A stretch of 64,000 nucleotides of DNA from Thecamonas trahens ATCC 50062 (Eukaryota; Protista; Apusomonadida), in contig NW_013657657.1 in NCBI RefSeq assembly GCF_000142905.1, forward strand, positions 1-64,000, read 5' to 3'. The position numbers and the translations under genes are program-made. The notes beneath the pieces were generated by a model. The model was not told where the DNA came from. It searched no databases and was given only the letters and a program-made list of their open reading frames with translations. This document shows, one piece after another, positions 1 through 10,537 of the stretch. The stretch's first letter is position 1. Every line of letters begins with the position of its first letter.

Positions 1-864
1 CCTAACCCTGGGGGGGAACCCCTAACCCTAACCCTAACCCTAACCGGGGGGCCGGGGGCCTAACCCTAACCCTAACCCTAACCCTAACCCTAACCCTAAC
101 CCTAACCGGAACCCTAACCCTAACCCTAACCCTAACCCTAACCCTAACCCTAACCCTTTTTCTAACCCTAACCCTAACCCTAACCCTAACCCTAACCCTA
201 ACCCTAACCCTAACCCTAACCCTAACCCTATTCCTAACCCTAACCCTAACCCTAACCCTAACCCTAACCCTAAGGGGCCCTAACCCTAACCCTAACCCTA
301 ACCCTAACCCTAACCCTAACCCTAACCCTAACCCTAACCCTAACCCTAACCCTAACCCTAACCCTAACCCTAACCCTAACCCTAACCCTAACCCTAACCC
401 TAACCCTAACCCTAACCCTAACCCTAACCCTAACCCTAACCCTAACCCTAACCCTAACCCTAACCCTAACCCTAACCCTAACCCTAACCCTAACCCTAAC
501 CCTAACCCTAACCCTAACCCTATTTCCTAACCCTAACCCTAACCCTAACCCTAACCCTAACCCTAACCCTAACCCTAACCCTAACCCTAACCCTAACCCT
601 AACCCTAACCCTAACCCTAACCCTAACCCTAACCCTAACCCTAACCCTAACCCTAACCCTAACCCTAACCCTAACCCTAACCCTAACCCTAACCCTAACC
701 CTAACCCTAACCCTAACCCTAACCCTAACCCTAACCCTAACCCTAACCCTAACCCTAACCCTAACCCTAACCCTAACCCTAACCCTAACCCTAACCCTAA
801 CCCTAACCCTAACCCTAACCCTAACCCTAACCCTAACCCTAACCCTAACCCTAACCCTAACCCT
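1..864. repeat. Telomeric repeat array (CCCTAA)n / (TTAGGG)n; chromosome end
   Basis: Near-continuous CCCTAA hexamers from position 1, with a few interruptions mostly in the first ~280 bp and one at ~522. Confidence 0.99.
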
Positions 865-930
865 AGCTGATGCCTCGTCAACCCTAGCTGATGCCTCGTC
901 AACCCTAGCTGATGCCTCATCAAGCCTAGC
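860..930. repeat. 21-bp tandem repeat (ACCCTAGCTGATGCCTCGTCA x3 plus partial) at the telomere/subtelomere junction
   Basis: Units at 860-880, 881-901 and 902-922 (one mismatch), partial unit at 923-930. Confidence 0.95.
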
Positions 931-3900
931 CCCACTCCATTTCTCCCCACCCACCACCACTCACTCCACTTGCCACTCACTGCCCTCTTGCCACTCCTAC
1001 CTATCCCATCCACCCCACCATACTCTTCCTCCACCCCACCACGCGCATGGCTGTGCATGGGCGTGAATTGATTGTTTGATGCTGATTCACTATCGACATC
1101 CTTCCATTGACACTTGCCCGTGTCACTCGTTCGGGTTCGCATGTGCGGGTTGTTGTTTGACATGAATGTCATTCAACATTTTTATGATTCGCCACTCGTC
1201 ACTCGTTCGATTGTTTGACATTCAATTGATTGTTGTTGATCATTGTCAATTGATCATTCGATTCTTTCTGCTTCTTTTGTTGTTGGCTATCCATGTTCCT
1301 TGTTCTTTGCCGTTTATTGTCTCACATGCTTGTTGTTGCTATTGTCTGGCTTCATGTTCTGCTTCGGTTGCTTTTGCCTGTGATGGTTGACCATAATCGA
1401 CATGCATCCCCATTTATCATTCCTTTCGCCCTTGTTGTTGCTTTGTATTATTATTCGTCATGCTTCATTTGTTCTTGACTCCCCTGGTTTCATCGTCCTT
1501 GACTTCCACATCCATGATCGACCGTTGCTCACTACACCATCGATTCTCATCTTTGTTGTCGTCAGTCATGGTCAATAGTTGTGCATGCAATGTATTCTGT
1601 GTTGACTCTGTTGTATCTTGGTAGTGGTTGATCTGCAGATCTGATCGATCAACCGCGCCCTACCTCATCGACCTGAACGTCACCCGAGTTCATCCCATTG
1701 CCTGCTAGCTTTGTCCAGTCCCTGTTGGCTCACTCATATGTGTGCTGTGCAAGCTATGTATGATCTTTGGTTGTTGTTGTTGACGTCATTGCCTCGTTTG
1801 ATGCTGGTTCCAGCTTTTCTTCAATTAATTCAATGTTGAACTCAATTTATGTCCGCCGCCTTCCCTCTGCCGGCCAAGTACCCGCCGCCCCTATCGCCCA
1901 CACCCCACACACACCCATCAGCCGTATCATACCCACCTTCATCAATGCTCAAGCCCAATCGCCATACCTACTACCATTTCGCCCGTCACGACCCCACGTC
2001 ACGACCCTCCTCATCCCCCCTATCATACTCATTACCACCCGTCACCACAAACGACCACCCCACCCCTACCCCACCACCATCACTATCATCCTAGCCACAA
2101 GCACCACCGCCTTGCCTTGGCCATGCCTACCATCCCATCGCGCACTCTGCTTCCTCCTCTTCTTCCTCCTCCTCCTCTCCTCGCTCCAGCTCACCCTCAT
2201 CCTCATTCCCGACCTCGACACCGCCATCCGTCAACCATCACATGCTATACTGCCCAATCTCCAACCAACAGCAATCTCGAGCCACCCCGCTCCGACCCAG
2301 CTCCCTCTGTTGTCCTTGCCTCGACGGCCACCAGCCGCCAGCCGCCGCCCGCTCGCCCGAACAGCCGACCCTCATCACCACCTAGCTCCCACCCACCACC
2401 AGCTACACAACCCGCGACCACGCCCAAGGTTTTTACTTGCCATGCACTAGCACCAGTATCAGTATCGCTGTCATTGACACCCATCTTCCTCGGCTCATTT
2501 CCGCGTCGACTTGTTTGCCTAGGTGGTTGAGCACGTCCTCGACCGCCCGACCCCGCACACGCCCCCCATCACACACATTGCAAGATATGGCCAATCGGAT
2601 TTCACTACTACTCTACTACATACACACATACCCCCTTGCACAGTCTCCAATCCACAGCTGCTGTATTCCGGAATCCGAGTTCCGCCGGCTCAGGCCCAAG
2701 TTGTTGGCCCTGTGTCCCTTCGAAGGTGCTGACCCCTCCTCCCCGGGCCCATATCCGACCCCCACTCCCCACCATCCGCACCCACAACCACCACAACCAC
2801 ACGACACATACGCACTACACCTGAAACATAGCCACCCACTTCCTGCCCGCCGATATACACATCAGCCGACGCCAACCCGTCAACAGCATCACTGCCGACC
2901 GCCGGCTGCTCGCTGCTGACCGCCGCCCGCCGCCGACCGACCACCGCCGGCACCACCAAGAGCAAGCTAGCCATCGACAGGACATTGAAAACAATACAAA
3001 GAGATAGCCACATTATTGGCAATGCCTATCAGGCTGCCCTCCGACCCATTTCTCCCCTCCTTTTCCCGGCCTTGCCCATCACAGCCCCCGCCGGCCTGCT
3101 CATCACCAGCCGCCCCTGCCGCCGACCACCGAGCCAGACGACGAGACCACCGGGCTGGCTAAGACAAGGAATAACAAGAGAGGGCCAGTGCAATCGATAG
3201 GCAATGCAGTGGTGGACTAGAGTGCAGTGGTCTGCCTCGTCTTCTATTCCCAAGCCCTCGTGCCCATCGACGTCCATCTCAATCCAATCCATCCGCCCTT
3301 CTCCCCCTCGCCGCCCAAGTTCCCGGCTCCCTCGTCGCCCACATCAATCCTTAACCCCAATCACCATTCCCAGCCCCTCCTCCGCCCGTCCCGACACCCA
3401 CGCCACGACCACCCTTATCCCCCCTACCATGCTCATCACGCCTCATTACTACCAACCACCACCCTCAACTTCTACTCCAGTTTTATCACTTTCATTCCAG
3501 CCACCCTCCTCACCCACATGCTATGGCCATACTCACCACCATACCATCGCATACCGCCTGCTCTGTCTCGTCCTCCTCCTCGTCTTCTCGCTTCAACTCA
3601 CCCCATCCCCATCCCCTACCTCGACACCCACACACTCTTCAACCATCACATGCCAGACTCTTCATCTTTCAATCATCACCAATCTCAAGTCTCCCACCCC
3701 CGACTCCACCCTCCCTGCTGACCCCGCCTCATCGCTTCTCTTCGGGCCCATCTCCGACCCCCACTCCCGACCATTCCCACCCACAACCACCACACCCATA
3801 TCACACATACTCTTCATTCCGGAAACATAGCCACCCACTTCACTTGTGCCGAATAGCAGCCTTCAGTCGAGGCGGCGACGGTAAGCGATTCCACGCTAAC

Positions 3901-3960
3901 CCTACGAGAACAAGTGATGACGAGGAGATGATGATGGAGTACGGGGATGGAGGATGACAA
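931..3960. other. Subtelomeric non-coding region with a T-rich block, a C/A-rich block and diverged internal duplications
   Basis: No recognisable protein in any frame; ~1975-2300 resembles ~3380-3710, and ~2730-2850 resembles ~3720-3850 (shared GAAACATAGCCACCCACTTC and TCAACCATCACATGC). Confidence 0.75.
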
Positions 3961-3965
3961 TGGCT

Positions 3966-6900
3966 TTACACGTGAAAGCGGAAGAACTTCCATTCATCCT
4001 GGAACTGGTGCGCGCGATAGACATGCGAGATGAGTCCAAACGCAAACATGTGCTTGGCGTGGATGACAGCAGTCGAGCGCGACGCTGCAAACCCGCTGTC
4101 GACAAACCAGCTCACGAGCTCGCTTGCCACAAACACGCCCTGGTACTTTCGGAACCACCACCGCCGTGTGCGCACAAGGTCTGTGCGAAGTCGGGGAATG
4201 ATGTGCAAGTATGCGAGCACGTCCCACCGGCCCTGCATCAAAGTGTTGCTGTCCCTCGTATCGTCAACGTCTTGCCGGCCGACATCGGCGAGGCGGTGGA
4301 CCTGCAACGCTGCAAAGCCGTGGATCAAGCCGCCAACTCCGGGTGAAGGTGTCGTCTCGGTCACTCCGTCGGCCAGCTCTTGTCCGCGCGCAAGCACATC
4401 TGCCGCCACAAGCGTCGCTGCAATCAGCGCAGCCTGCCTGACTTGACTACACGCCCGGACACCAGCATGTGGATTGCTCGTGGTCGCCACCGCCTGGATG
4501 CGGCTCGAGATCGCTCGCGACCGAACAACAGCAAGCTCGAGCGAGCCATACCCGTACAGCGCCCTCATCATAGCTGTCCGACACACCTCATGTGTGTGCG
4601 GGAGTTTGTACGGCGTAGAGGTCGTCGCCTCCATTGCCGGGCCCCGCATCAGCAGCACCCGCTGCATCTCAAACACCGCCACGAGCATCAGTGCGTCTGC
4701 TATTGTCGCGCGCGACTTGGTCTCGGAAAGAACGGTGGCGAAAGCGATGTCAAAAGCCTTGTCGTCGTGGCGCAGCACTGCAATCTCCATGAGCGTCACC
4801 AGCGCCTTGTCCACTGCTGACGGGATGCGACAGTGCGCAAAGACCTCGTGACAGAGTTCTGCAGCCATCTCAGTCTCACCGCGCCCGAGATGCACGCCCA
4901 TAAGCGCGTTCTCAATGTGTGCGGTCCATGGTGCGTTGCCAAGCCACTGTGCTAGCCGACGCGCCTGCTGCAGCCGCGAGCCTGCCACGCGCATTCGCCC
5001 GAGGTCTCGCTCAGCAAACCCGAGGCCAGCCAGTGCATACGACTCTTGGACAGGGTTTTGCAGCATGTGCGCAACCTGGAACGCACGCTTGTGCCAGGTC
5101 CGTGCATGCGCGTAGTCAGCAATCGACCAGAGGATCCATCCGCCCACGTCGAGCAGCTCCTGGATGGCTGGCGTGGCTGAGCGCGCAAGCTTGTGCTTCC
5201 GCGCGTGCCGTGCGCCGCTGACGACCGCGTCGCGCGCCGCCCGTATATCGCCGCGCACCAGCTCGACCTTTGCCCGCAGCGCATCGACGGCAATTTGCGA
5301 CTCCGGATCAGTTATGTACTGCTCCAGGATAACAAGCATGTCGTCGACCTGCTCCGACTCGTGCGAGGCGTCAAAGAGCGTGTCAGACGGGTCACGGAGG
5401 AGCTCAGTCATGTAAGCCCTCAGTGCTTCACGTCGGTCCTCAAAGCTCACGTGAACGTCCACCGACTCGAGAAAGTACCGTTCAGGGAACGAGCTCACCG
5501 ACGGGGAGTACTTGGCGGGCATGCTCGCCAGCTTGTGATCAAGATGCGGCGTGAGGATTCGGGGCACCTCGGCGCTGCCGGCCCCACGCTCGATCTCGTG
5601 CGTAGCCGCGTCCGAGGCCAGGAGCCACTCACGCCGCTGTGCCATTTCAGCTGGAAGTGGCGTGTCGCCGGCCGCGGTGTCGTTGCGGTTGATGAGAAAG
5701 AGTAGCTCGCGCGTGGCGTCGAGCGTCCGAGTTCCTTCGTGCCTGATGAGCTCAAAGTGCGCCTTGATAAGGAGCTGTACGTCCCATGCCCGCACCGCGT
5801 ACGGCATATACGCCAGCGGATGGCTGTGCAGGACATGGGTCGATTCGTCCAGCGCGTGCCCAACCTGATACGCAAAATGCTGGTAGGCGTCAGGCACCAG
5901 CGTCGCAAGCAGAGCGTTGTGTTCCGACGCATGGCAAAACGAGAAACGCGCACTTGCGTCCACACCAGCCACCACCACAATGCCAACCTCGATCGCGAGG
6001 CCAAACGCATCGCCGAAGCAGACGGACTCAATAGCATACACCCGTGCACATGCTGCTGCATCCGCGAGCATGACCGGCTCCGCCTGCATTCGCTCGTACG
6101 CGAGCTCGAGCACTGTCACGTACTGGCTGCGACCAACAACGGCCGCCAGCTCGAGCAGGCACATCACGGCATCGATTTTGTGGCCATGGCCAAGATCGTC
6201 GACCTTGCACTCGACGACAGACACAACCACCTGGCGTAGTGTCGAAACACAATAGTCTCCCGGGATGTGATGCAGAGATCGATGCCGGAGCAGCTGCTGG
6301 ACCGACTCGGTGCCGGGGGCTATCTGGCTGACGAGCGAAACCGACGAAACCATGCTACTGTCAAAGCCAAGCGACGCCTCCGACCTGATCGTTGACAGTT
6401 CAGGTGCAATCCGCCGTGATGCTCGACGTCCGTGTCTGCGCGAGGCTGCCTGGTCTTTCCACGACAGCCTGCGTCGCTTCTGCGACAGGGACATCTGCAA
6501 CCGTTTCGTCGATGTCGGCTCCCCGGGACTCTCGGCCACATCTGTGTCAACAGTGGCGACACCGTCGGGTCTGGGCGGAGCCTCGGCGATGATATCGAGC
6601 GTGCCAAACGAGTTGTCACCGTCATCACTCTCTCCCGAGTCGCTACTAAGCATCGAGCGGATGCCTGTGCTGCGGCTATGCGCGACCTGGGCGTCGTGGG
6701 TGTAGCCCATGTCTTCCAGCAGTCGTGTCGACGACGCCACAGAGTGTCCGCCGTCCGACTCGTGCCACACGCTGGGCTCGGCGCCCATAATCTGCCACTC
6801 ACTCGGTCGGACCAACATTCCGGTACAGCAGATGGTGCAGACCGGGACCGCCGAGCTCCCGAGCGAGACCTGGAACGGAATGCCGGCAAACGCCGCAGTC

Positions 6901-9900
6901 GTCGACGCATCGTTGACCTTCAGCCGTATCACCTCAATGTTCTCCACCTGCGCGACCTGCGGCAGCGAGTTCGAAAACTCGTACTTGCGGCAGAGCGTGG
7001 ACACCGGCGTCGCCCGCGATCCGATCACCAAGCTCCACGATTGGGCCAGGTCGTCTAGCACACACCCTCCAACGCCCGACTCAGCTTCGGTCACCACAAT
7101 CACAGGCAATGCTGCAGCAAGCTTGACCAGTTTGCGAAGTACAACATGGCTCGCAGGATCGACCTCGTTGTAGTGCTCGACCATGAGCACTGCCACAGAC
7201 ACCGACCGCCCGGCCCAAGTCATCGCCTGCAGAAAGTCGCACAGCGCTTTCGAGAGAACTGACGAGAGGCTGTCGTCCCCATCCGTGCTTCCCGACCGCC
7301 ACAAACGAGAAGAGCTCGATGAGGCGCCTGACGATGGCGATGGCGATGGCACCTCACTCTCGGGGACAGTCCCTAGCCGCTCGCGCGACGTCTGCCACGT
7401 TCCGGACCGACGGCGCAGCGTCGAGCTAAACGTACTGCCTCCGCCTGGTGTGCGGTCGTCCTCCCAAATGTCGACCATGCCTGCAACCTCGGTTGCAAGA
7501 GGCGTCATAATTGCCGGTGACGTCGCCGCTGCCTCTGCCACACGTTCTTCGCCGAGCTGGCGCCACTCGGTCGGCCGCGTCAACGCCGCGCCAAGCGGCG
7601 AGTGCCGCGAGATCGACGTTGGGCCGCGGATGACGTCGGCAAGCAGCTCGACCGATGCGTCGGGCATGCTGCGGTGATCGCGTGCAAACTGGTGGAGCTT
7701 GGCAACAACGTACTGCGAGTCGTGCCCGAGCTGCGAAAGCCGCTCGCCGCCCAGCCACGAGCGAAGGAGCTGTTGGATGGTGAGTGGAAAGTTGGGGTGG
7801 AGAAGCAGATGCGACTCCATCTCGGCCGCATGAACCCGTGCCGACAGTACGGCCACATCGGCGTGCTCGCGCAGCAGCCGCCGCAGGTGCAGAAACGTCA
7901 TCCGTGTTGCGTGCTCGCTGGCGAGTTTGGTCGATGTACATATTGTCATGACCACCAATCGCCGCTCCGCCGCCGAGCGCAGTGCAAGCTCCATGTGTGC
8001 GGTGGCAACCGTGGACTCGGCTCCTAGCCGTGCGTGCCAAACCGAGGTGTCGATGACGTGCGAACCAGGCACACCTGTTGCTAGCGCCGCTTCAAACAGC
8101 TCATCCGCCTCGTCGTACTCTTTGAGTGTCTCGACCAGATACGTGCCGTAGAGCCCCATCCGCTGCGGCGACGCGATCAACCGCTCCAAATGATACCGGT
8201 AAACGTCGGCGGCAACGTAGCCGAGCTCGAGTGGGCTCAGCATCCATGATACGTGGTACGAGACAAGCATCGATTTGAACGACGGTCGCATGCCTACAAA
8301 GCCGAGTCCAAATCCGACCGGGAGCGCGAGCAGAATCACTGCCGACGCCACCGTGCCCGCCTCTTCTGGTGCTGCATATGACGAGTACATCACCAAAGAG
8401 GCCAAGAAAAACGAAACTGCGCTAAAGAAGCCGACCCGCACCCGGTTCATCGCCATCCAGTGATACGGTTGGAGCGCAATCGCCATGACGGCAAGGAATG
8501 CCACGCTCGTAAGCATAAAGTAAAGCGAGGCCTGCTTTCCAAGAGGCGAAGATGATACTGCGTCAAAAACAATCATCGTCTTGACCACAAGTGCCACTAA
8601 ATCAAGCCACGTATGCGCCCGCCGCGCATAGTCGCGCGACTCGGGATCGGCCGAGTACGTGTTTGCCACCATGAGCGTGGCAAAGAGCAAATGGACAACA
8701 AGCGCGGCAAAGGCGCCAAGCGCGTGAAGTGGGCCGACATCTTCAAGGCACTTGTCGTGCGTCATGGCTTGGCAGAGGAGCGGGTTAAGAAGCGCATGGA
8801 TCGACGGCACGTACAGAATGGTCGACATGACTCTGCAGAGGTTCGAGACCGACGAGACCAGTGTCGCAGGAGGCGCAGGCGCCCCGGTGTACATGTAGCC
8901 AAACATGACACCGGATCCGAGTAGCACACACCCGTTGAGCGCCCCGTAGACGATGAGGAGCGAGTACGAGATCTCTTGCTGGTGGTCAACGAACATGTTG
9001 AGTGACAAGAGCGCGAGCGACGTCGATGCCGGAGATGGCAACCGTAGTCTGCTCACCAGTACCGCAAGCCCCACCAGCTGGATGAACTCGATGACAATGG
9101 CCAAAGCCGGAAAGAACCGGAATGCGGCCTGGAAAGCTGTGTTCGACTTGGAAGACGCGTCGACAAGCCCGATGACCATTCCGCGAATCCCGCGCTGAAA
9201 GCCACGGGTCCGCGTCGTCGGTCTCCGCCGCTTGTGCATCGTGTTAGGCACGTCTTCGGCATTGCGATCGCCGCGCAGCTTGAACAGCACCTCATCGTCG
9301 TTGTCAGTACATGTGATGCTGCTGGCCACCTGGCCAGACACCTCACGGTCAACCATGACTTCGAGAAATGTCGTCGACGGCTCGACGTTGAGCCCGCCGA
9401 GCGACCGGATCGATGAGTCCAGCTGCTCGTTCTGCTGCATGACCGCTTTCGCCGTCGCGAGTGTCGACGATTCCATGTACTCGGGCTTCTCGTTGCTGAG
9501 CAGGGACGACCGCGAGGCCGTCAGGCTGTCTTTCAAAGGTCTGCAACCATCCGGCGAGGCTGCTTCGGATGCCGGTACCACATCAGCTCCCCCTGGTCCA
9601 GCCGGGGAGTACTTGCGGACTCGCTTGTACGGGGGACAGATGGTTGCATCTGGTGAGTCGAGGGCCATCGACGTCGATGCCGATAAAGACGTTCCTGACG
9701 AGGACGACAAGGAGGAGGTGGAGAAAGAAGATGATGCCGCCACTCCCGCTACGAACGATGACGACGATGATGACACCAGCGACGACCCCGACGACGATGC
9801 TCCCCGCCGCGTCGAGCTAGTGACTTGCCTGCCTGCTGCCGGTGTCGTCGACGGGTGGAAGAGCGGTATAGGACAAGCGATTCCAGTCCCCAAAGCAGCG

Positions 9901-10136
9901 ATGGGCATGCCCGGCGTGGCGTTGCTCATCGGAGTGTTGGCAAGGCCAGAGACGGTTTCTGGCGTGAGGGCGTCGCGTGGTGCTGACGAGGCTTCGGTGA
10001 GCTGGTTGGCGACCCTCTCCGCCGGCCGTGATTGGCTCAAAAATCGATCCGAGGAGGGAGCCACAGGAATCTCCACACGAGACGAGGGCGTGTTACCACC
10101 TCCTTGGTGGATGGACTCCCTTGCTCCGGTTGTCAT
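3966..10136 (-). CDS. Large signalling protein: multi-TM TmcB/TmcC-like region, degenerate STAND-NTPase-like/winged-helix region, TPR-like repeats and C-terminal DEP domain
   Basis: ORF of ~2050 aa (first ATG at 10136). About 8 hydrophobic helices (IVIEFIQLVGL...TILYVPSIHALL...LQPYHWMAMN). VLMVEHYNEVDPAS and LLELAAVVGR...FSFCH resemble sAC-type STAND motifs. C-terminus VRTRRWWFRKYQGVFVASELVSWF...FGLISHV...FQDEWKFFRF is a clear DEP domain. Confidence 0.8.
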   Translation of the reverse strand: MTTGARESIHQGGGNTPSSRVEIPVAPSSDRFLSQSRPAERVANQLTEASSAPRDALTPETVSGLANTPMSNATPGMPIAALGTGIACPIPLFHPSTTPAAGRQVTSSTRRGASSSGSSLVSSSSSSFVAGVAASSSFSTSSLSSSSGTSLSASTSMALDSPDATICPPYKRVRKYSPAGPGGADVVPASEAASPDGCRPLKDSLTASRSSLLSNEKPEYMESSTLATAKAVMQQNEQLDSSIRSLGGLNVEPSTTFLEVMVDREVSGQVASSITCTDNDDEVLFKLRGDRNAEDVPNTMHKRRRPTTRTRGFQRGIRGMVIGLVDASSKSNTAFQAAFRFFPALAIVIEFIQLVGLAVLVSRLRLPSPASTSLALLSLNMFVDHQQEISYSLLIVYGALNGCVLLGSGVMFGYMYTGAPAPPATLVSSVSNLCRVMSTILYVPSIHALLNPLLCQAMTHDKCLEDVGPLHALGAFAALVVHLLFATLMVANTYSADPESRDYARRAHTWLDLVALVVKTMIVFDAVSSSPLGKQASLYFMLTSVAFLAVMAIALQPYHWMAMNRVRVGFFSAVSFFLASLVMYSSYAAPEEAGTVASAVILLALPVGFGLGFVGMRPSFKSMLVSYHVSWMLSPLELGYVAADVYRYHLERLIASPQRMGLYGTYLVETLKEYDEADELFEAALATGVPGSHVIDTSVWHARLGAESTVATAHMELALRSAAERRLVVMTICTSTKLASEHATRMTFLHLRRLLREHADVAVLSARVHAAEMESHLLLHPNFPLTIQQLLRSWLGGERLSQLGHDSQYVVAKLHQFARDHRSMPDASVELLADVIRGPTSISRHSPLGAALTRPTEWRQLGEERVAEAAATSPAIMTPLATEVAGMVDIWEDDRTPGGGSTFSSTLRRRSGTWQTSRERLGTVPESEVPSPSPSSGASSSSSRLWRSGSTDGDDSLSSVLSKALCDFLQAMTWAGRSVSVAVLMVEHYNEVDPASHVVLRKLVKLAAALPVIVVTEAESGVGGCVLDDLAQSWSLVIGSRATPVSTLCRKYEFSNSLPQVAQVENIEVIRLKVNDASTTAAFAGIPFQVSLGSSAVPVCTICCTGMLVRPSEWQIMGAEPSVWHESDGGHSVASSTRLLEDMGYTHDAQVAHSRSTGIRSMLSSDSGESDDGDNSFGTLDIIAEAPPRPDGVATVDTDVAESPGEPTSTKRLQMSLSQKRRRLSWKDQAASRRHGRRASRRIAPELSTIRSEASLGFDSSMVSSVSLVSQIAPGTESVQQLLRHRSLHHIPGDYCVSTLRQVVVSVVECKVDDLGHGHKIDAVMCLLELAAVVGRSQYVTVLELAYERMQAEPVMLADAAACARVYAIESVCFGDAFGLAIEVGIVVVAGVDASARFSFCHASEHNALLATLVPDAYQHFAYQVGHALDESTHVLHSHPLAYMPYAVRAWDVQLLIKAHFELIRHEGTRTLDATRELLFLINRNDTAAGDTPLPAEMAQRREWLLASDAATHEIERGAGSAEVPRILTPHLDHKLASMPAKYSPSVSSFPERYFLESVDVHVSFEDRREALRAYMTELLRDPSDTLFDASHESEQVDDMLVILEQYITDPESQIAVDALRAKVELVRGDIRAARDAVVSGARHARKHKLARSATPAIQELLDVGGWILWSIADYAHARTWHKRAFQVAHMLQNPVQESYALAGLGFAERDLGRMRVAGSRLQQARRLAQWLGNAPWTAHIENALMGVHLGRGETEMAAELCHEVFAHCRIPSAVDKALVTLMEIAVLRHDDKAFDIAFATVLSETKSRATIADALMLVAVFEMQRVLLMRGPAMEATTSTPYKLPHTHEVCRTAMMRALYGYGSLELAVVRSRAISSRIQAVATTSNPHAGVRACSQVRQAALIAATLVAADVLARGQELADGVTETTPSPGVGGLIHGFAALQVHRLADVGRQDVDDTRDSNTLMQGRWDVLAYLHIIPRLRTDLVRTRRWWFRKYQGVFVASELVSWFVDSGFAASRSTAVIHAKHMFAFGLISHVYRAHQFQDEWKFFRFHV

Positions 10137-10537
10137 GACGAGTGTTACGTGCCCAGAGTGTACAGCACGACAGAACGCTACCTTTGCTGTTGGTGCGGGC
10201 CCGGTCGTCGTCGAGCGTTTGTCACTCAACAACTGGTCGAGATCTGACCTTACCCACGGAACCAATTTAGCCACGTGGTCCGCATGCCACTTTCAGCCAA
10301 TGTCACCGGCGCCATCCTATCTCTCGAGAATGTCTGCGATAATACAGTATATTCAGCCGTCACACTGCCGGGACATTGGCCATTTCCTGGCCTCCACACA
10401 TCGTGCTCGCGCTGGCGCCAAAACAGCTCGACCGTCCCCGCCAGCCCCCTCTCCCCACACACACTTCCACACTCCACCACACTACGCACTACACACCACA
10501 CTCGCTCACACACATCACATACTCCTGCTCCATAGCC

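Noticed and set aside
1-530. Variant telomere units (G-runs, TTTTT, GGA)
   Set aside because: Irregular and concentrated at the contig tip; likely base-calling noise
860-930. CRISPR-like array
   Set aside because: Tandem units have no spacers, there are no cas genes, and the context is eukaryotic
1166-3957. Many 60-230 aa ORFs in the subtelomere
   Set aside because: Low-complexity Pro/His/Thr or Leu translations with no motifs
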